Assembly: GCA_030770535.1 (NCBI GenBank)
Contig: JASVEC010000028.1
Coordinates: 434,001 to 498,000, forward strand
DNA length: 64,000 nucleotides
Direction of reading: 5' to 3'
Source of the DNA: Batkoa obscura
Taxonomy: Eukaryota
Part shown: positions 24,773 through 38,787 of the stretch, in pieces
Numbering within the stretch: position 1 is the first letter of the stretch
Layout: every line of letters starts with the position of its first letter
Made by a program: the position numbers and the translations under genes
Notes under the pieces: model-generated
The model's database searches: none
Told to the model about the DNA's origin: nothing
What the model saw: only the letters and a program-made list of their open reading frames with translations

Positions 24773-25334
24773 ATATTAAAATTTCATAAAATTTAATATT
24801 TACTTGGAACTTTTAATTAGTGATTTTATTTCATCGCTTATTAATAGTGTTAAAATTAATAAAAATAGCTATTATTAAGTTTTTTCTACTTTCTATATTA
24901 TTTTACTCAGCTTATTAAATTATTATGTATTTAAAGATGACAACATAAAAAGAAAGAATTAAATAAAATAACAGATAGGCTAAATAAGTTTTAGTTATTG
25001 CAGCTCACTGTGACCCAACTAACTACTCATTTAAGAATCAATATTAATTTAAAATTCAGCTTAATTATAATGATTAGGTTTTGAAAAAATTGGCTATATA
25101 AATGACTTGACTATAAAAATTACTACTAATAAATTCACAAAAGAGTTGCAATAGTCGTAAAATGTAAATTTAAAATAAAATTCAGGGAGACTTAGTGTTA
25201 AAAATAGAAAATTTAATAAAAAATCATGACATTTATAAATAAGTTCCATAATTTATAAGCTTTTAAACTTAAATTTTTTTTTCTTTTTTTTTTTTTATAA
25301 AACTTAGTTTTAAGTTTTATTTCTTTATTCTTCA

Positions 25335-25920
25335 ATGGATCTAACTCCCTCTATCAACAACAATACTATTTCTGAAAACGAAATTGAAATAGCTTCCAAT
25401 TATGCCATTAAAAATGGACTCAATCATGTCATCTATCGAGTTATGATCTATGGAAACAAACAACAAAAGACACTGTTAAGATTGAGTATATTAAAAACAT
25501 ATATATATCGATTTTTCATTATCTTTCCTATATTATTAATAACAACAGTATCAATTATACTTTATCATAATGACAGTTTTACATTTTATTCATATTTATT
25601 ACCATTATCTATCTTTTGTTTATTTGCTTTATTGATTCAATGTTGGGTAAGTATTTATTATTATATCATTCATTATATATATATACCCAACATAATCATT
25701 ATACTAACGTTTTCTTTAGTATCTTATCCATTGCTTACGATCCATAAAAAATCAAACTAATTATGTTAAATTTAATAGAAGAACAATGATTAAATTTCAA
25801 CTACAAGAAGCCAATGAAAGAGAACAACAATTAACTACAGGCGTTATTTCCTATGAGTTTGTTCCTCCTCCTAATTATCGAGAAGCTAATACATTACCTC
25901 CGGCTTATATACAAGGTTAA
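25335..25920 (+). CDS. Small 2-TM PPxY protein (M3)
   Basis: Same phase-0 intron after W as M2; ends FVPPPNYREANTLPPAYIQG*. Confidence 0.87.
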
Positions 25921-25958
25921 ATTAAATGCAATGATTTTATTTAAGAATGAGTTATTAT

Positions 25959-26103
25959 TATTGCCAATTTATTATTATACTATTGCTAATTTATTATTAT
26001 ACTATTGCTAATTTATTATTATACTATTGCTAATTTATTATTATACTATTGCTAATTTATTATTATACTATTGCTAATTTATTATTATACTATTGCTAAT
26101 TTA
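25959..26103. repeat. 22-bp minisatellite (TATTGCTAATTTATTATTATAC), about 6.5 copies
   Basis: Near-perfect head-to-tail units starting at 25959, 25981, 26003, 26025, 26047, 26069, 26091. Confidence 0.92.
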
Positions 26104-26173
26104 ATTTTTTATTTTATTGTATTCTATATAAACTTTCAATGATTTTATAGAAAATCGGTAAGAAGATTAATAC

Positions 26174-26337
26174 TAAAGAGCTTGCAGTTAAAAAATTTCA
26201 TTGCTTTTAAATAGTAACCAATTTTTTTAAAAGTTAAATTTAAAGGTTGTAATTTTTTATATATCCTTAGATTCACATTAAAAAATATTCAATACAATTT
26301 AAAAACTTGAAAAAACCTTTAACTGCAAACTGCTCTA
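26174..26337. repeat. Degenerate inverted-repeat element (MITE-like)
   Basis: AGAGCTTGCAGTTAAA pairs imperfectly with TTTAACTGCAAACTGCTCT. Confidence 0.4.
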
Positions 26338-26564
26338 ATCCCGATCGAAGTTCCGAGTAATTACTATTTCAATTGAAAATTATAGTTTTAAAAAGACTTT
26401 TCAAAAACCACTTACCCTTACTTTGGGAGCTAAAAATAGAAGATTTAAAAATTCAATCATTTAAAGATGACATCATTATATAAAACCAAATGGAATAGAC
26501 TTCAATTACACTTTACTTTTTATTAGATTTCAAATAAAAACAATAAGATCTAAATATCAAAACA

Positions 26565-27922
26565 ATGAGTTTAACACCTAAGTATTCCAACAAAGCAGAA
26601 GAATCTCTCTTAAACTTTGCTACTTATTTCCCATTGCCTTATATCGTTAAAGCCGGTATAATGATGGTATTTTCAGTAATATTTTCACCATATTACTATT
26701 TCCTTGGCGAATATTCCAATGCTGAAAAACATGCTAATGAGTAAGCAACATTTGATTATCTCTATTATTTTACTAAGTTTATTTAATAATAATATTTCTT
26801 CAATAGATTGATTCAACAACATTTAAAAAATCATTCCAATGAAGAGAATAAAGTAGCTATTGTTACTGGTAATATTTAAGAGTTTAAGTAGTAAAAATTA
26901 ATATATTAAATTGAATTAAAGGTGGTAATACTGGTATTGGATTTGAAACCGCCCGTTGGTTAGTTAAAGCTAAATTTCATGTTATTTTAGGTAAATTTAA
27001 ATTAAAATAAATTAAATATTTAAAATAAAATTTAATTAATATAATCAACTTCTCTTAAACAGCTTGTCGTTCTCAAGAAAAAGCAGAAGTAGCTATTGAA
27101 AAGATCAAATCAGATTGTGGTCTTAATAGTAAAATTGAGTTCATTGCATTAGATTTAACTAGTTTTGATTCCGTGAAATCCTTTGTAAAAGAATTTGAGA
27201 GCAAAGATTTACCATTAAATTTATTAATCAATAATGCAGGAATTATGAAAATTCCTGAATTTGAACGTAGTAAAGATGGGTTTGAATTAACTTTTCAAGT
27301 GAATTATTTAAGTCACTTTTTATTATATAATTTATTAAAAGATAAATTAATTGCAACAAATAATTCAAAATTAATTAATTTATCTTCATTGGCTCATTAT
27401 ATGGGTATGTTTAGTTTATTATTAATTATTTGTAGTAAATTTGAATACTAAATTAAATTAATTAGCTTCTGATGGTGATTTTGAAGATATTAATAATTAT
27501 CAACAATATAATGATTTAGCTCATTATTCTAAAGCAAAAGCAGCTGTTGTTATGAGTACTTATGCATTTAAAAGACACATCTCCGATCAAGTACAATGTA
27601 AGTTTAAATTAATAATAAATATCATAATAATTTAATTAAGTTATATTTCTTAGGTTATGTAGTTCATCCAGGAGTTGTTAAAACTGAATTATTTCGATAT
27701 GATTCTATGGCGGATAAAGCAGTAGATATATTTGGAAATTATTTTATGAAAACACCTTTACAAGGAGCAATGACTACCTTAAGATTAGCTTTATTAGATA
27801 ATATTCCAAAAGATTCTTTATATTTTGCAGATGAATTACCAATGCAACCTAATTATTGGACTAAAGATATTGAATTACAAGATAAATTATGGAATTTATC
27901 AAAGAAATTAACTTGTATTTAA
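26565..27922 (+). CDS. RDH-like SDR paralogue S4, intact
   Basis: Same exons as S2; TGGNTGIG, NNAGIM, HYSKAK, VVHPGVVKTELFR; ends SKKLTCI*. Confidence 0.92.
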
Positions 27923-28071
27923 AGAGATTAACTATTCATTAACTTTATTATATTAATATAATATGAATATTATAATATATATATATATTAAGAAATAAAA
28001 AAATAACAGTTTTATTATAATATTAAAATTTATTAAATATTAATTATGATTTATTTTATGTATCTATTGTA

Positions 28072-28104
<33 letters not shown>

Positions 28105-28906
28105 TATATAAATAAAAGATGAGTTTTAAAATAAATTATAGTTATATTAATAGTATAAATACACTATAAAATAATTATTTCTAGTTTATCAATAATTACT
28201 TTATTAGTAAAATATTTTATTTTTATTTTACTAAGCTATTTATTTTTAATTGAATTTTATATTTAAATTTATAAAACTAATAATTGTATACCTACAAATA
28301 AATCAACTTAAATAAAATAATTAATTATCAATTAAAACCCCAAAGTATAATTAATTTTATTTACTAAATTTAATACCCCTTCGTCTTTACCCAATTCATA
28401 CTTCTCTTACTTATCTCAACATCCCCTGAATTTATTTGAACTTCCAGTGACTTAAAAATGATTCAATAGCTCATCCCTTAATTAAAATCTTAATAAAAAT
28501 AAATTCTTATCTGAAAATAAACTTTAAAATATTAGAAATAATGATAACATCCTTATCCACTCCTATATTATTATTAGTTATTATTAATTATTATTAATTA
28601 TTATTAATTATTATTATTAGTTGATTTTAATATCAAAATATTCCCTATTAATTAATCAAAACTTAATATCTTAACTCTGATAAAAGTTAACCCTAAATAA
28701 AATTCAATTTAACAACTTACAGAGTTTATTGAGATTGAAAGTGTGATAATAAAATAAGGAAAATATAAAATCAATGATACTAATTAATGAGGGTAAATTA
28801 AGATCGTGATGCTGCAATAAAAGCGGATAAAAGATTCCTAAAAGGCTAGATTCGGAGTATGGAAAGAACCGATGAGTTGAGATTGTCAATGTTAGTTAAT
28901 GAAAAT

Positions 28907-28954
<48 letters not shown>

Positions 28955-29170
28955 CATTAATAATGAATAATTAATATAAAAATACAGACTAAATATTACT
29001 AATTAAAAAATTAAAAAAGCATTAATATTTTTTTTAATTAAATAATACAATTAATAATGACAATTAAGAAGAGGAAATGAGAAAGAATATATTAACTTAA
29101 ACAAAATAAATGATGATAAATAAAGTACCCCTTTCCTTATTTTAATTCCTTCTTTTTTTATCTAACGGAA

Positions 29171-29896
29171 TCAAACATATTCCGGTGGAGGTGAATTTAA
29201 ATTAGAAGAAAAATAAGATGGTGGTAAACTCAAAGATTCTAAAAAATTAGTCGCAAATTGATTCCTTTGTTGATTTTCTTTACGTGAAAATTTACTAGCT
29301 AATCGATAATTTGATCTTAAATAAGTATCTTTATTTCTACAGGATTTATGATAATGTAACCACCACTAAAAGAAAACATAAAGTAGTTAATTATTTGTAA
29401 TATAAGTTATAAAATATAATAAATAAATAAATAAATAACTTACTAGAAATTGAGAAAATAAATAAATTAATGGAAATATTAATGCAATTAAAAATGACAT
29501 AAAAAAAGAACCAACAATATAAATTAAACAAACTGCACCAGTAACAATTAGTCCTATCACTAATAAACATAATCCAATTCGAATCCAGAATGTTCTTTTA
29601 ATACTTTGTTGAAATTGATAATGTTCTTTTTCACTTCCATACATCATTACTTTATATAAATCTTTAGGTATTAAAGTACTAAAAGCATAATTAGATTTAA
29701 TTCGTATGGGCTCTGAATGTTCTTCGTAACTGGGTAATTGAGTATCAATACTTATTCGTTCAAATATCTCTAGTGTAGGGTTGGTAGATAGCATTAAATT
29801 ATCATTTATATTTACTGTTGATGTTATATTTTGTTCTGTAATAAGAGTTGTGGTGGGGACGATAGTAGTAGTAGTAGTAATATTGATATTTGACAT
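29171..29896 (-). CDS. Small 2-TM PPxY protein (M4)
   Basis: LPSYEE in N-terminus; LYKVMMYGSEKE...SIKRTF; two hydrophobic helices; exon 2 ends LPPSYFSSNLNSPPPEYV*. Confidence 0.85.
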
Positions 29897-32800
29897 AATA
29901 ATGATGAATAATTCTACAACCGAATTTATATAAAAAAAAGTCTAAAGAATAAATAAAAATAAAAATAAAAAAGAAATGAAAATTAATTCAAAGATTTTGT
30001 TTTTGAATTAACCCCTTCGTTTTCTATTTATATGTTTTAATAATTTATCATTATCGCTTGTTTTATGATTTGATATTCATGCTTTTTTTAAAATAATAAT
30101 TTTGCCTCTTTTTTTTATCTTTTTTTTGATTTTACCTTTTTCATTTTTATAAACGTTGCTTTCATCCTTAATTGATAAAGTAAATTAATTGGTTCTCTAT
30201 GCTTGGTTCTAAATTAATTGAATATTAATCCCCCTTTGAATTACTAGTTTTTTTATAGTAAACAATAGGAAAGTACAACATGGAAATAATAGCGAAATAG
30301 AATAATCTAGTTATCCCGAAATAAAATATCAATATTGAATTTTTTATTGAATTTTTTATTGAATTTTTTATTGAATTTTTTAATTATTTTTTGATCTTAA
30401 TATAGCTTAATTAATTATGAACTCAATGTGAAATTGCATTATATTATTGATTTCATATTAGTAATTGTTTTTTTTATTACTATTCTTTATTTAATATTCA
30501 TTTTATGTTATTTCATATAATATCTTTTACTTTATATTTTTTAGAATTTACTAGAAACAAAAGCTTATTTAAAAATCCTCTATCGTTCCACGTCACTTTA
30601 CCATCAGTAAGATCCATCAAAATTAATCACCATATTATTCAACTTTTTCTTGGCTTTGGTTGAGTTTGCAATCTTTTTTAGACCTTAAATCACTGTTTTT
30701 TCTCTTAATAAGTAGTTTGAATTTTTGCAACTTTGATAAATTTCAGTACAAAAATACGGAACTGGATATTTTCTATCGGAAGATATTATTAAGGATAAGA
30801 TATTAATTAACTATAGAAGAGAAGGAAGATATCAATTATCAAAATAGAAAATAAGAATAAATAAAATATCAGTAATCAGAAAAAGAAAAATCAATTAAAA
30901 ATTTATAATCATATTTATTCTATAACTATATCTATACTAATTCCATAATTATTCTATATCCTATAGTATTTTATAACTAATATATATTCTATAACTATAG
31001 TTATAAATATAGTTATAACTATAACATGTCCTTTACACTTCCCTTTCTATTACTTTGATCTTTATATTTATTAAGTTCTATATTCAAAGTGATTCTACTT
31101 TATCCCATTATTAAATTTAATATAATAACTGAATTCATTAAATTAACCTGATAATCACGTAATGTAATTTATTAAGTTATAAAAAAAGACAAAATTGCAA
31201 TCACCAAAGTGAGTAAAGTGATAATTTTGTTCAATCCTTGCTTGAAAGTCCGAAAATTTAAGTTTATACGTAAAATAAATAATAAATTATTATTTGAATT
31301 AATATAAATTTTAAGAAACTATTTTTAATGTTTTTAATATATTGTATTACTTTATCCATAAAATCATAATATGGTTAACTTCAAATAATATTATATTGAT
31401 GTTTTAATTAATTAATTAATTAACTATTTATTTTATTTTTATTTTATTTTTTATTTTATTTTGTTTTAAAATACTGGAATAATAGCTTCACTTACTTCAA
31501 TATTATTAGTTATTCTATTGTAGACTTTAAAATAAACCAGTTTTATAAATTGAAAAGTACCAACATCTTTTAAGTAGGGGTTAAATATTTATTTTAAATG
31601 AACAAGATATCAGTTTACTTTATTTATACAATACTTAAAATTAGTAGTTTCTATTTATATTATTTTTACTGTAATTAAATCATTAAAATTAAAAAACTCA
31701 ATAAAATACCAACAATTGCTTTATTGAACAATATGTTATAGGCTTAATTATTAATAAAATCCGGTTTACACGGGACTTTATAAATTTTTATAAGGCTTAA
31801 ATTACTTTTTTTTCAAAGTCAATGTTAGGAGTTAAGGGCTTAGAAAAAGGATAATCGGGTTATAACGTGATTAAAAAGTAATAAATAAAGTTAAATAATT
31901 TTTATTTTATATTTGAAAATGTAAAAAATTATAAAATTCGAATCATAATATATGCTCTAAAATTTAGTTTTTATTTCAAAATGAAGAGTTAATTGACTAA
32001 TTAAGTCAAATCCTTGAGTTTATTAATTGGAACAGTTCATTAAATAATGTATTAAAAATAGAATGTTAAGTTTTTGAATTCATAAATTGTAAATCGTAAA
32101 TCGTAAATTAGTATATTTTTATTAGATAAAATAAGAGTTGAATATTAAATAACTTTGCAATTCTTATCAAATTACACAAAATTGAAGTTCGCAGTAAAGA
32201 TTTAAAATGATTTAAAATGATTTAAAATATAAAATTTTAATTACTATTTTTAATAATAAAACCATAATATTCAAAATATAATAAATTAAATACAAGAGGT
32301 GTTTAACCGTGTGTGTAATATCAAGGGTAGTAATAATAATAGTAAAAAGAGAAATAAAGGTTTAAGATAAAACCAAAAAATTATAAAAATAATCTTTTAG
32401 ATCTAATATTTTATGACACATTATGTATTAAATATAATTTAGGGTTTTAAAACTTGAATTTATATTTTAAAATTTTTAAAAATAAAATAATAGTATGTTT
32501 AGAACCAATTTAAAGTAGCATTATTTTTCCCGCTAAATTACAAATTATTGCCAAGTAACCTAAATAAAGCTCAATAAGAACTATTTTTTTAATAAATATT
32601 ATTCTAAATACTTAAATTATAATACTGAATCATGGTTAAATTATTATATTAATGTTATATTATATTGGTCTATTTATTGATATTTATTAAACATTTGATC
32701 AAACATTTGATCCTTATTTGACGCTTAATCCATTTATTTGCCTTAGTTTAGCCTTAAACCTTGGTTTCACCTACTATTAGAACTCAAGTTCATAAAATTA

Positions 32801-33099
32801 AGCCAATTAAATTTCTTATTTAAAAAGTTAATTTACTGTAAATTTCTAAAAAAAATACTAACAAATATTTGAATCATAGCTTTGTAATGTTTCATTTATT
32901 CTTATCGTTCATGCTAAATACAAAATTTAAGGGATCTCATTATTAATCCTTGAATTATCATTTGATGCTAATAGGGAAACTCAAGCATTTATTAAAAAAG
33001 TATAAATACTCAAGATGTGGAAGATTCAATTTTATTTCAAAATCAAAAATAATAATAATATTTTCTATTTAATAATTAAATAACATAACATAACATAAC

Positions 33100-33636
33100 A
33101 TGGAGATCTTACCATCTAACAATACCTCCAAATTCCAACTCCATAGTAAAAATAAAAAGTCCTTTGGCTTTAACAAAGAAGGTTTAAAGATTCATATGGT
33201 TAATGATGAATATTATCAACTCTTAAATAACGAAGATAAACAAGTCATTTACAATATCTATATCGATTATAATGTCAAAGTATTACAAATTATGGACCAA
33301 CGTAATACTTTAGTTGGTAAAATGGAAATGAAGTTTGATAATGTTTGGATTATCACAAGACAAAGTCAAATCACATCTACATTAAGATTTTTGAATAAAG
33401 CTTTATGGTCCTTACAAGTCTATGACGATAATATTGCTCAATCCTATCAAATTAATCATGATTTAAAGAAAGGTTGGTTAGTTAAAACATTTTTAAATGA
33501 TGGAGATTATTTAGCCAAATTATCTACTTCCTTCTTCCATATGCTTCCTAATATTAAGCTTAAGTCCTCATCTCAAAACTTGAATTATAGCTTTGCCCTA
33601 ACGCTATTTTTGGTCAAAATCATCGAAAGATTTTAA
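33100..33636 (+). CDS. Uncharacterised 178-aa protein (beta-rich with C-terminal hydrophobic helix, possibly tubby/scramblase-like)
   Basis: Clean intronless ORF with coding-like composition and an upstream TATAAATA near 33001; fold guess is inference only. Confidence 0.7.
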   Translation: MEILPSNNTSKFQLHSKNKKSFGFNKEGLKIHMVNDEYYQLLNNEDKQVIYNIYIDYNVKVLQIMDQRNTLVGKMEMKFDNVWIITRQSQITSTLRFLNKALWSLQVYDDNIAQSYQINHDLKKGWLVKTFLNDGDYLAKLSTSFFHMLPNIKLKSSSQNLNYSFALTLFLVKIIERF

Positions 33637-36394
33637 TCTGTATTATCTTATTGTATTGATTACATTATGATTGTATTTTATTTCCATTAATCAAAAAGTT
33701 TTTTGCTATTGAGATAGCTTTGCCTTATTTTGTTTGCATTAAGTGCTGCCTGTAATTATAATTAATAAAAAGTAACAAAAAATATTTATTCTTTTTTGCA
33801 TTAAAAAAATGGTTAATAATAAATATTTATTTCATTAAAAGGTGATATTCTTTAAATTAACGTTAAAAATTAATAAAATAATGAAAGGCTAGATTTTTAA
33901 ATAAATAAATTAAATCATGGCTATGAAATTTCAAATAAATTGCATAATAAAATGACCCAACCACTGTTAATAACCACTTAAATATAGAACTATTAATAGA
34001 CAATAACAATTTTAATATTATTCGTAAAATTAATATATTTAATAATAAACAACTATTAATAAAAATTTAAAAATAAGCTACGTAGTATAAAAAATTATAT
34101 GTGAAATAATAATAGATTATTAAAATAAATTTTATTATTTCATAATATGAATATCAATAAAAAATAATATTTTATTTTAATAAAAGTTGTAAGTTTAAAA
34201 TATTCAATAAAATCAGTAAATAGTTAATTATAATAATATTAAGTGATAATCAACTAAATAATATTTCAAAATAATAAAACAAAGATAGTCAACTAACAAA
34301 TATCTTAGAATAATAAACGTTTATTTTTTTATATTTTTAGTACCAAATTTAATAAATTAAATTAATATTAGTAAAATTAATTTTTATCTATATTGTTTCA
34401 AACATGATTTAGAATTTAATTACATCTAAAAATTGATATTTTCATCCTCTTTATTTTATACTGTCATTTAACTTTAATAAGTATTTATTATTACTTTTTA
34501 ATATTATCATAGATGAAACATTGATATTTTAAGTTAGTTTACGAAAATTTTTTAGCTTTCATTTTTTATTTTATTGTCATTAAATATTATAGTTATCATA
34601 TTCTAATATTACCGTTAAAATAATAATTCAAATTATAATATACGAATATATATATATCTATAATTTTATTATTACTGAAATCAATAATTAATAATATCAA
34701 CGAAACAATGATAAACTCAGGTTAATAATACTTTAAAATTCCTACTTTTTATCCTTCCACCCTTTTTTTGATAATGTCATCAAACTTTAATATAAATTAT
34801 GAATATTTTAATCATCTTATTTGAAACCTTGATGTACAATATTATAATATTCAAACTTTTTACATATTTCCACATCATTGAACCTTATTAAATTCTCCCG
34901 CTTTTAGATCTTAGAAGCGGGAATACACTTCTTTTCCCGTGTTTTTTTAAATGTGATGATTTCTTTTATAATTGGCTTACTATATAATTATTATAAAAAT
35001 AAATGTTATTTATATACTTAGAATTTTATTTTTATTTTTTTAATGTAATAAATTTAAAAGCTCTTTTTTAATTGTGTGTTGTAATTTACTTTTTCCACGT
35101 AAATTAAATTAACCTGAATGAATTAATATCCCATCTTATGGCGATCTTTGAAGCAAAGTAATAGAAAATTAACAAAAAAAACTCTAAACTAACAGCCTCT
35201 TTATTTTTTAATAAAAATGCTTATGAAATTTAGCAAGGAAGATGTAATAAGATTTTATCTTATTTATTTATTTATTTTAAATTAACTAAAAACTATTTGT
35301 GATAGTAAATAATCACTAAAGAACATTAAAATTAAAGTAATGATTTTGTAACAACTAATTCATTAACAACTTACAATATTATTATAATTTCCGATTATAT
35401 TAGAGTTTTACCTTGATAATTTATTGAAAGAGTTCCACTATAAATTTTATTTAAACAACATACAGCAATAGTGAATTCTATACAATAACTTTTTTAAACG
35501 TAACTAAAATTTATTATATATAAGTTTTGACTTATAAATAATAATAAATAGATTGGAACTTAATTAATTGAAAACATAACTATATTAACTATAAATAATA
35601 AATAATAAATAATGATAATGCATTAGTAACAGAAGCTATTAAAAAGAGCCACCTCAACATATATTTAACGCCATAACAACATTAATTTAATACAATTAAA
35701 CCATGTAACAATCATGCCATCATTCTCATGCTTCATTCAAATAAAGAGTTGAATTTTCACAGCTTTAACGTCAACCTCTTATTTTAGCTTTAAAAAAGCT
35801 AAAATGATTGTCACCACTTAAAACTGTATGCTAAAATATGGCTTTATTTTTTAGCATATCTTGATAGCCATCATTTTATAAATAAATAAATTAATAGGGT
35901 CTTTATATAAAAGCCTATCTTTTTCTATGTAAAGGTATGCTTTATATTTGCTGCTTAAGGTGAATTCAAAGGCTGCTATTCTTTTTCGAATATTTAGTTG
36001 ATTGTCAATTGAAGTTTATTTTAAACTTTTATTCAAACTTAACTTACTCAAAATACTCTAAGTTACTAACTACTTCAGTATAAGCAACTTTTTGAAATTT
36101 AAGCTACCATCTTCTTTTTGCCCACTTTTCGCACACTGTATATTATGCCGATTTTAATGGAAATGCAAATTCTAAAGTTGGAAGTTCAGATTCCGAAATC
36201 AAATTATGGTTTTTTTAAAAGCTGCTGATGATAGGTTAAAGTTATAAGTTGTTTTAGGATATAAAAAGTGATGACTTTTGAAAGATTAGATGTGATATTG
36301 AGGGTATAGTGTGGTAATAATGATAATATCAATGAAGTTAATAAATGCTAGTAAGTAATTATAGTATAGAATAACAACTATCAAGTTTTAATAA

Positions 36395-36426
<32 letters not shown>

Positions 36427-36520
36427 TTTAAAAAGTTAATTAATTTATTATAAAAAATCAATGAAATTAAAAATGAAATGTAATTATTATTTACAATTGA
36501 AAATAAAGATTCCTAAAAAA

Positions 36521-37139
36521 CTAATGAGTTTGTTGATAAGCCGGCGGTGAGTTAGCAGCTTCAATATAATTAGGAGGTGGTAAGGTATAAGTAACTCTTT
36601 CAATTTCCCTTTGATATCTACTTCTTTCACTAGCTTCTAAGCGTGCTGCTAAACTACCATTGAGTTTCAAATAACTTTCTTTATCACGTACAGATCTTAA
36701 ATAGTGTATTAAAAACTAAAAAAAGTAAGTCAAACGCTGAATAGTATTAATAATAATAAAAGCTTACATAAAGTTGAGTAACAATAATAAAACTAAAGAA
36801 TAAAAAGATAGTTAAAGAATAAGCAAAAAAATAATTTGAGTCCCTGTAAACATAAAGTACTCCAAATACGATACCCAACAAGATAGGTAATAGTAAAAGT
36901 AAACGAAAACAAAAGGTACGTATAATTACGCGTTTTAGTTCCAATTTTAATTTATTATCCCCATGCATCATCACTTTATAAAAATCTCGATCCAAATCAC
37001 TTCTTAAAGTATAATGCGGTAGTAATTGAAACCCTTGTAAATAATTGACTGTAATGCTAGTAAATTCAGGTGGTGGGGGGTCAGTATGATTGATAGTAGA
37101 CATTTCAATAGTCGTTGTTGGCATCATTGCTTGATTCAT
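36521..37139 (-). CDS. Small 2-TM PPxY protein (M5)
   Basis: FYKVMMHGDNKLKLELKRVIIRTF; two TM helices; exon 2 ends LPPPNYIEAANSPPAYQQTH*. Confidence 0.85.
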
Positions 37140-38432
37140 CACCCTTGGATGATCTTGAAATAAAAATAAATTTGTTGCTAAAATTTTTGGAGTTTAAATT
37201 ATTTCTTTTAAAACTTATCAACTTATAAACTGTACCTATTTTCAAGGTCCTAGATTTAACCAATCATTTGTCTTCTATATTTGGAATTAAACCAAGTAAC
37301 TTTTAAAGTTATTTTGGTTGTTAAATTAGCAGAATTGGATTTTAGCCTGATTTTTTAGATTGTTAAATTATAATACAAATCAAGCAATTGTTTATTAATA
37401 AAGTATATCTTTATAATGCTATTATTAAGTTATAAATGAATAAAAAAAATGAAGGTTTTACCTGTCAAAAGCTGATTGTTTACTAGTAAAAATTGGATTG
37501 TAGATTATGTAAAATAACTATAGTTCTAGAAAGAAGATTATTTGGTTGCTATTGTTAGGTAATCTCATATCTAAAACCCTTTTTGCTAAAAAACAATAAT
37601 TCTTGTTGCATAGGTAAAAGTTCATTTGGTCCAAAAATTAAAGTGACCTTCCATTGTGAAATTCTGTTACTGTCGCAGCGCTGTAATTCTAGGCTATTTA
37701 TTTGTCCGAAAAACGAAGCCTACACGAGATTACTTATTTTAATCTTAAATTATTATAAACTAAAAAGATCAAAAGTAAATAAGATTACTGAAGCTATTAA
37801 TAAAAATTATACCAAAAATTAAATATAAATTCAATGCTGGTATTTAAAATCACTTATTATAAACGTTCAAAACTATGTTAAAAACTAATAAAATATTTAT
37901 AATATGAGTAAACCAAATTTATCTACAAATAATGACTCGATTTAAATTTTATGCGGTATTTCAACCAAAATTACTGATTCAATTTTGACGACTAGTGATT
38001 TTTTTAAATGACATTAACGCTTTTTTGAAAATTATTTAACGCTTTCTCATAAATTATTTAGCAGTTTTATCTTTATGAAAATTTCAAATTTTCTGAAATC
38101 AGCAAGCAATTTTGTTAAAGTGGCAATTATAAGAAAAGCCCATAACTGAGTTAGAAATACTGTATTAAAAAGTTGTAAAGGACCTATTTTTACACTTGAA
38201 CCATGTTCCTCTGTCATCTTTTCCCTTTTATTCCTAGAAATAAAACGCTTATGAATTTCTTTATAACTATTTCAAGAGTTTTTTTTTCAAAAAAAATGGG
38301 TAGATCTGAGAATACGAATTTATTTTAGTCAGAATTTCAAATACTCCTTGGTGGTTAAGAGACGTTTCTTATGTACAAGTGATGACTTAGACTTTCATAA
38401 TTTTTCCGTTAAGTCTAAACCTGATGAGTTAA

Positions 38433-38787
38433 CCACTTGAGTACCATGGATAAACAATAGTCGCCAGACTTTTGTATACCAAAATTAAATTATGATAGTA
38501 TTGCCCACATATAATTTTAAAGCGAAAATAAAATCATGGTGAACATTGCTTAGATGATTTAAATCAAATTAACCCTTTGGATATTGAGTTCCAAAAAAAC
38601 TGACCAATTGGTATAAAATCGATTAGAAATCATGGTCCAATCGAACAGAATTTTCTTGAGACGCTTGGTACTCAAAGGATTAAGTCAAAGTTAGCCTAGT
38701 TGAGCAAAATTTTGATCTAATTAACTTTTTTTTTCAAAAAAAAACACTTTGGCACAAAAATTTCCAAACAATTCAGTACTCAAGGGG
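38433..38787. mobile_element. piggyBac-like MITE (TTAA flanks) containing a nested related copy at 38573-38679
   Basis: TTAA-CCACTTGAGTAC...GTACTCAAGGGG-TTAA; inner TTAA-CCCTTTGGATAT...GTACTCAAAGGA-TTAA. Confidence 0.7.

Noticed and set aside
25959..26103. CRISPR-like array
   Set aside because: Units are head-to-tail with no spacers, and the context is eukaryotic with no cas genes.
34896..34922. Helitron 3' hairpin (TCCCGCTT...AAGCGGGA)
   Set aside because: No CTRR end at the expected distance on either strand.
36120..36140. Tc1/pogo-like single termini (also CGAGTTGAACGGTA near 39685-39698)
   Set aside because: No partner TIR found, so no element could be delimited.
38380..38428. C/D snoRNA or hammerhead (GTGATGA...CTGATGAG around a hairpin)
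   Set aside because: C-to-D span is only about 45 nt and no GAAA core follows, even after removing the TTAA insertion.
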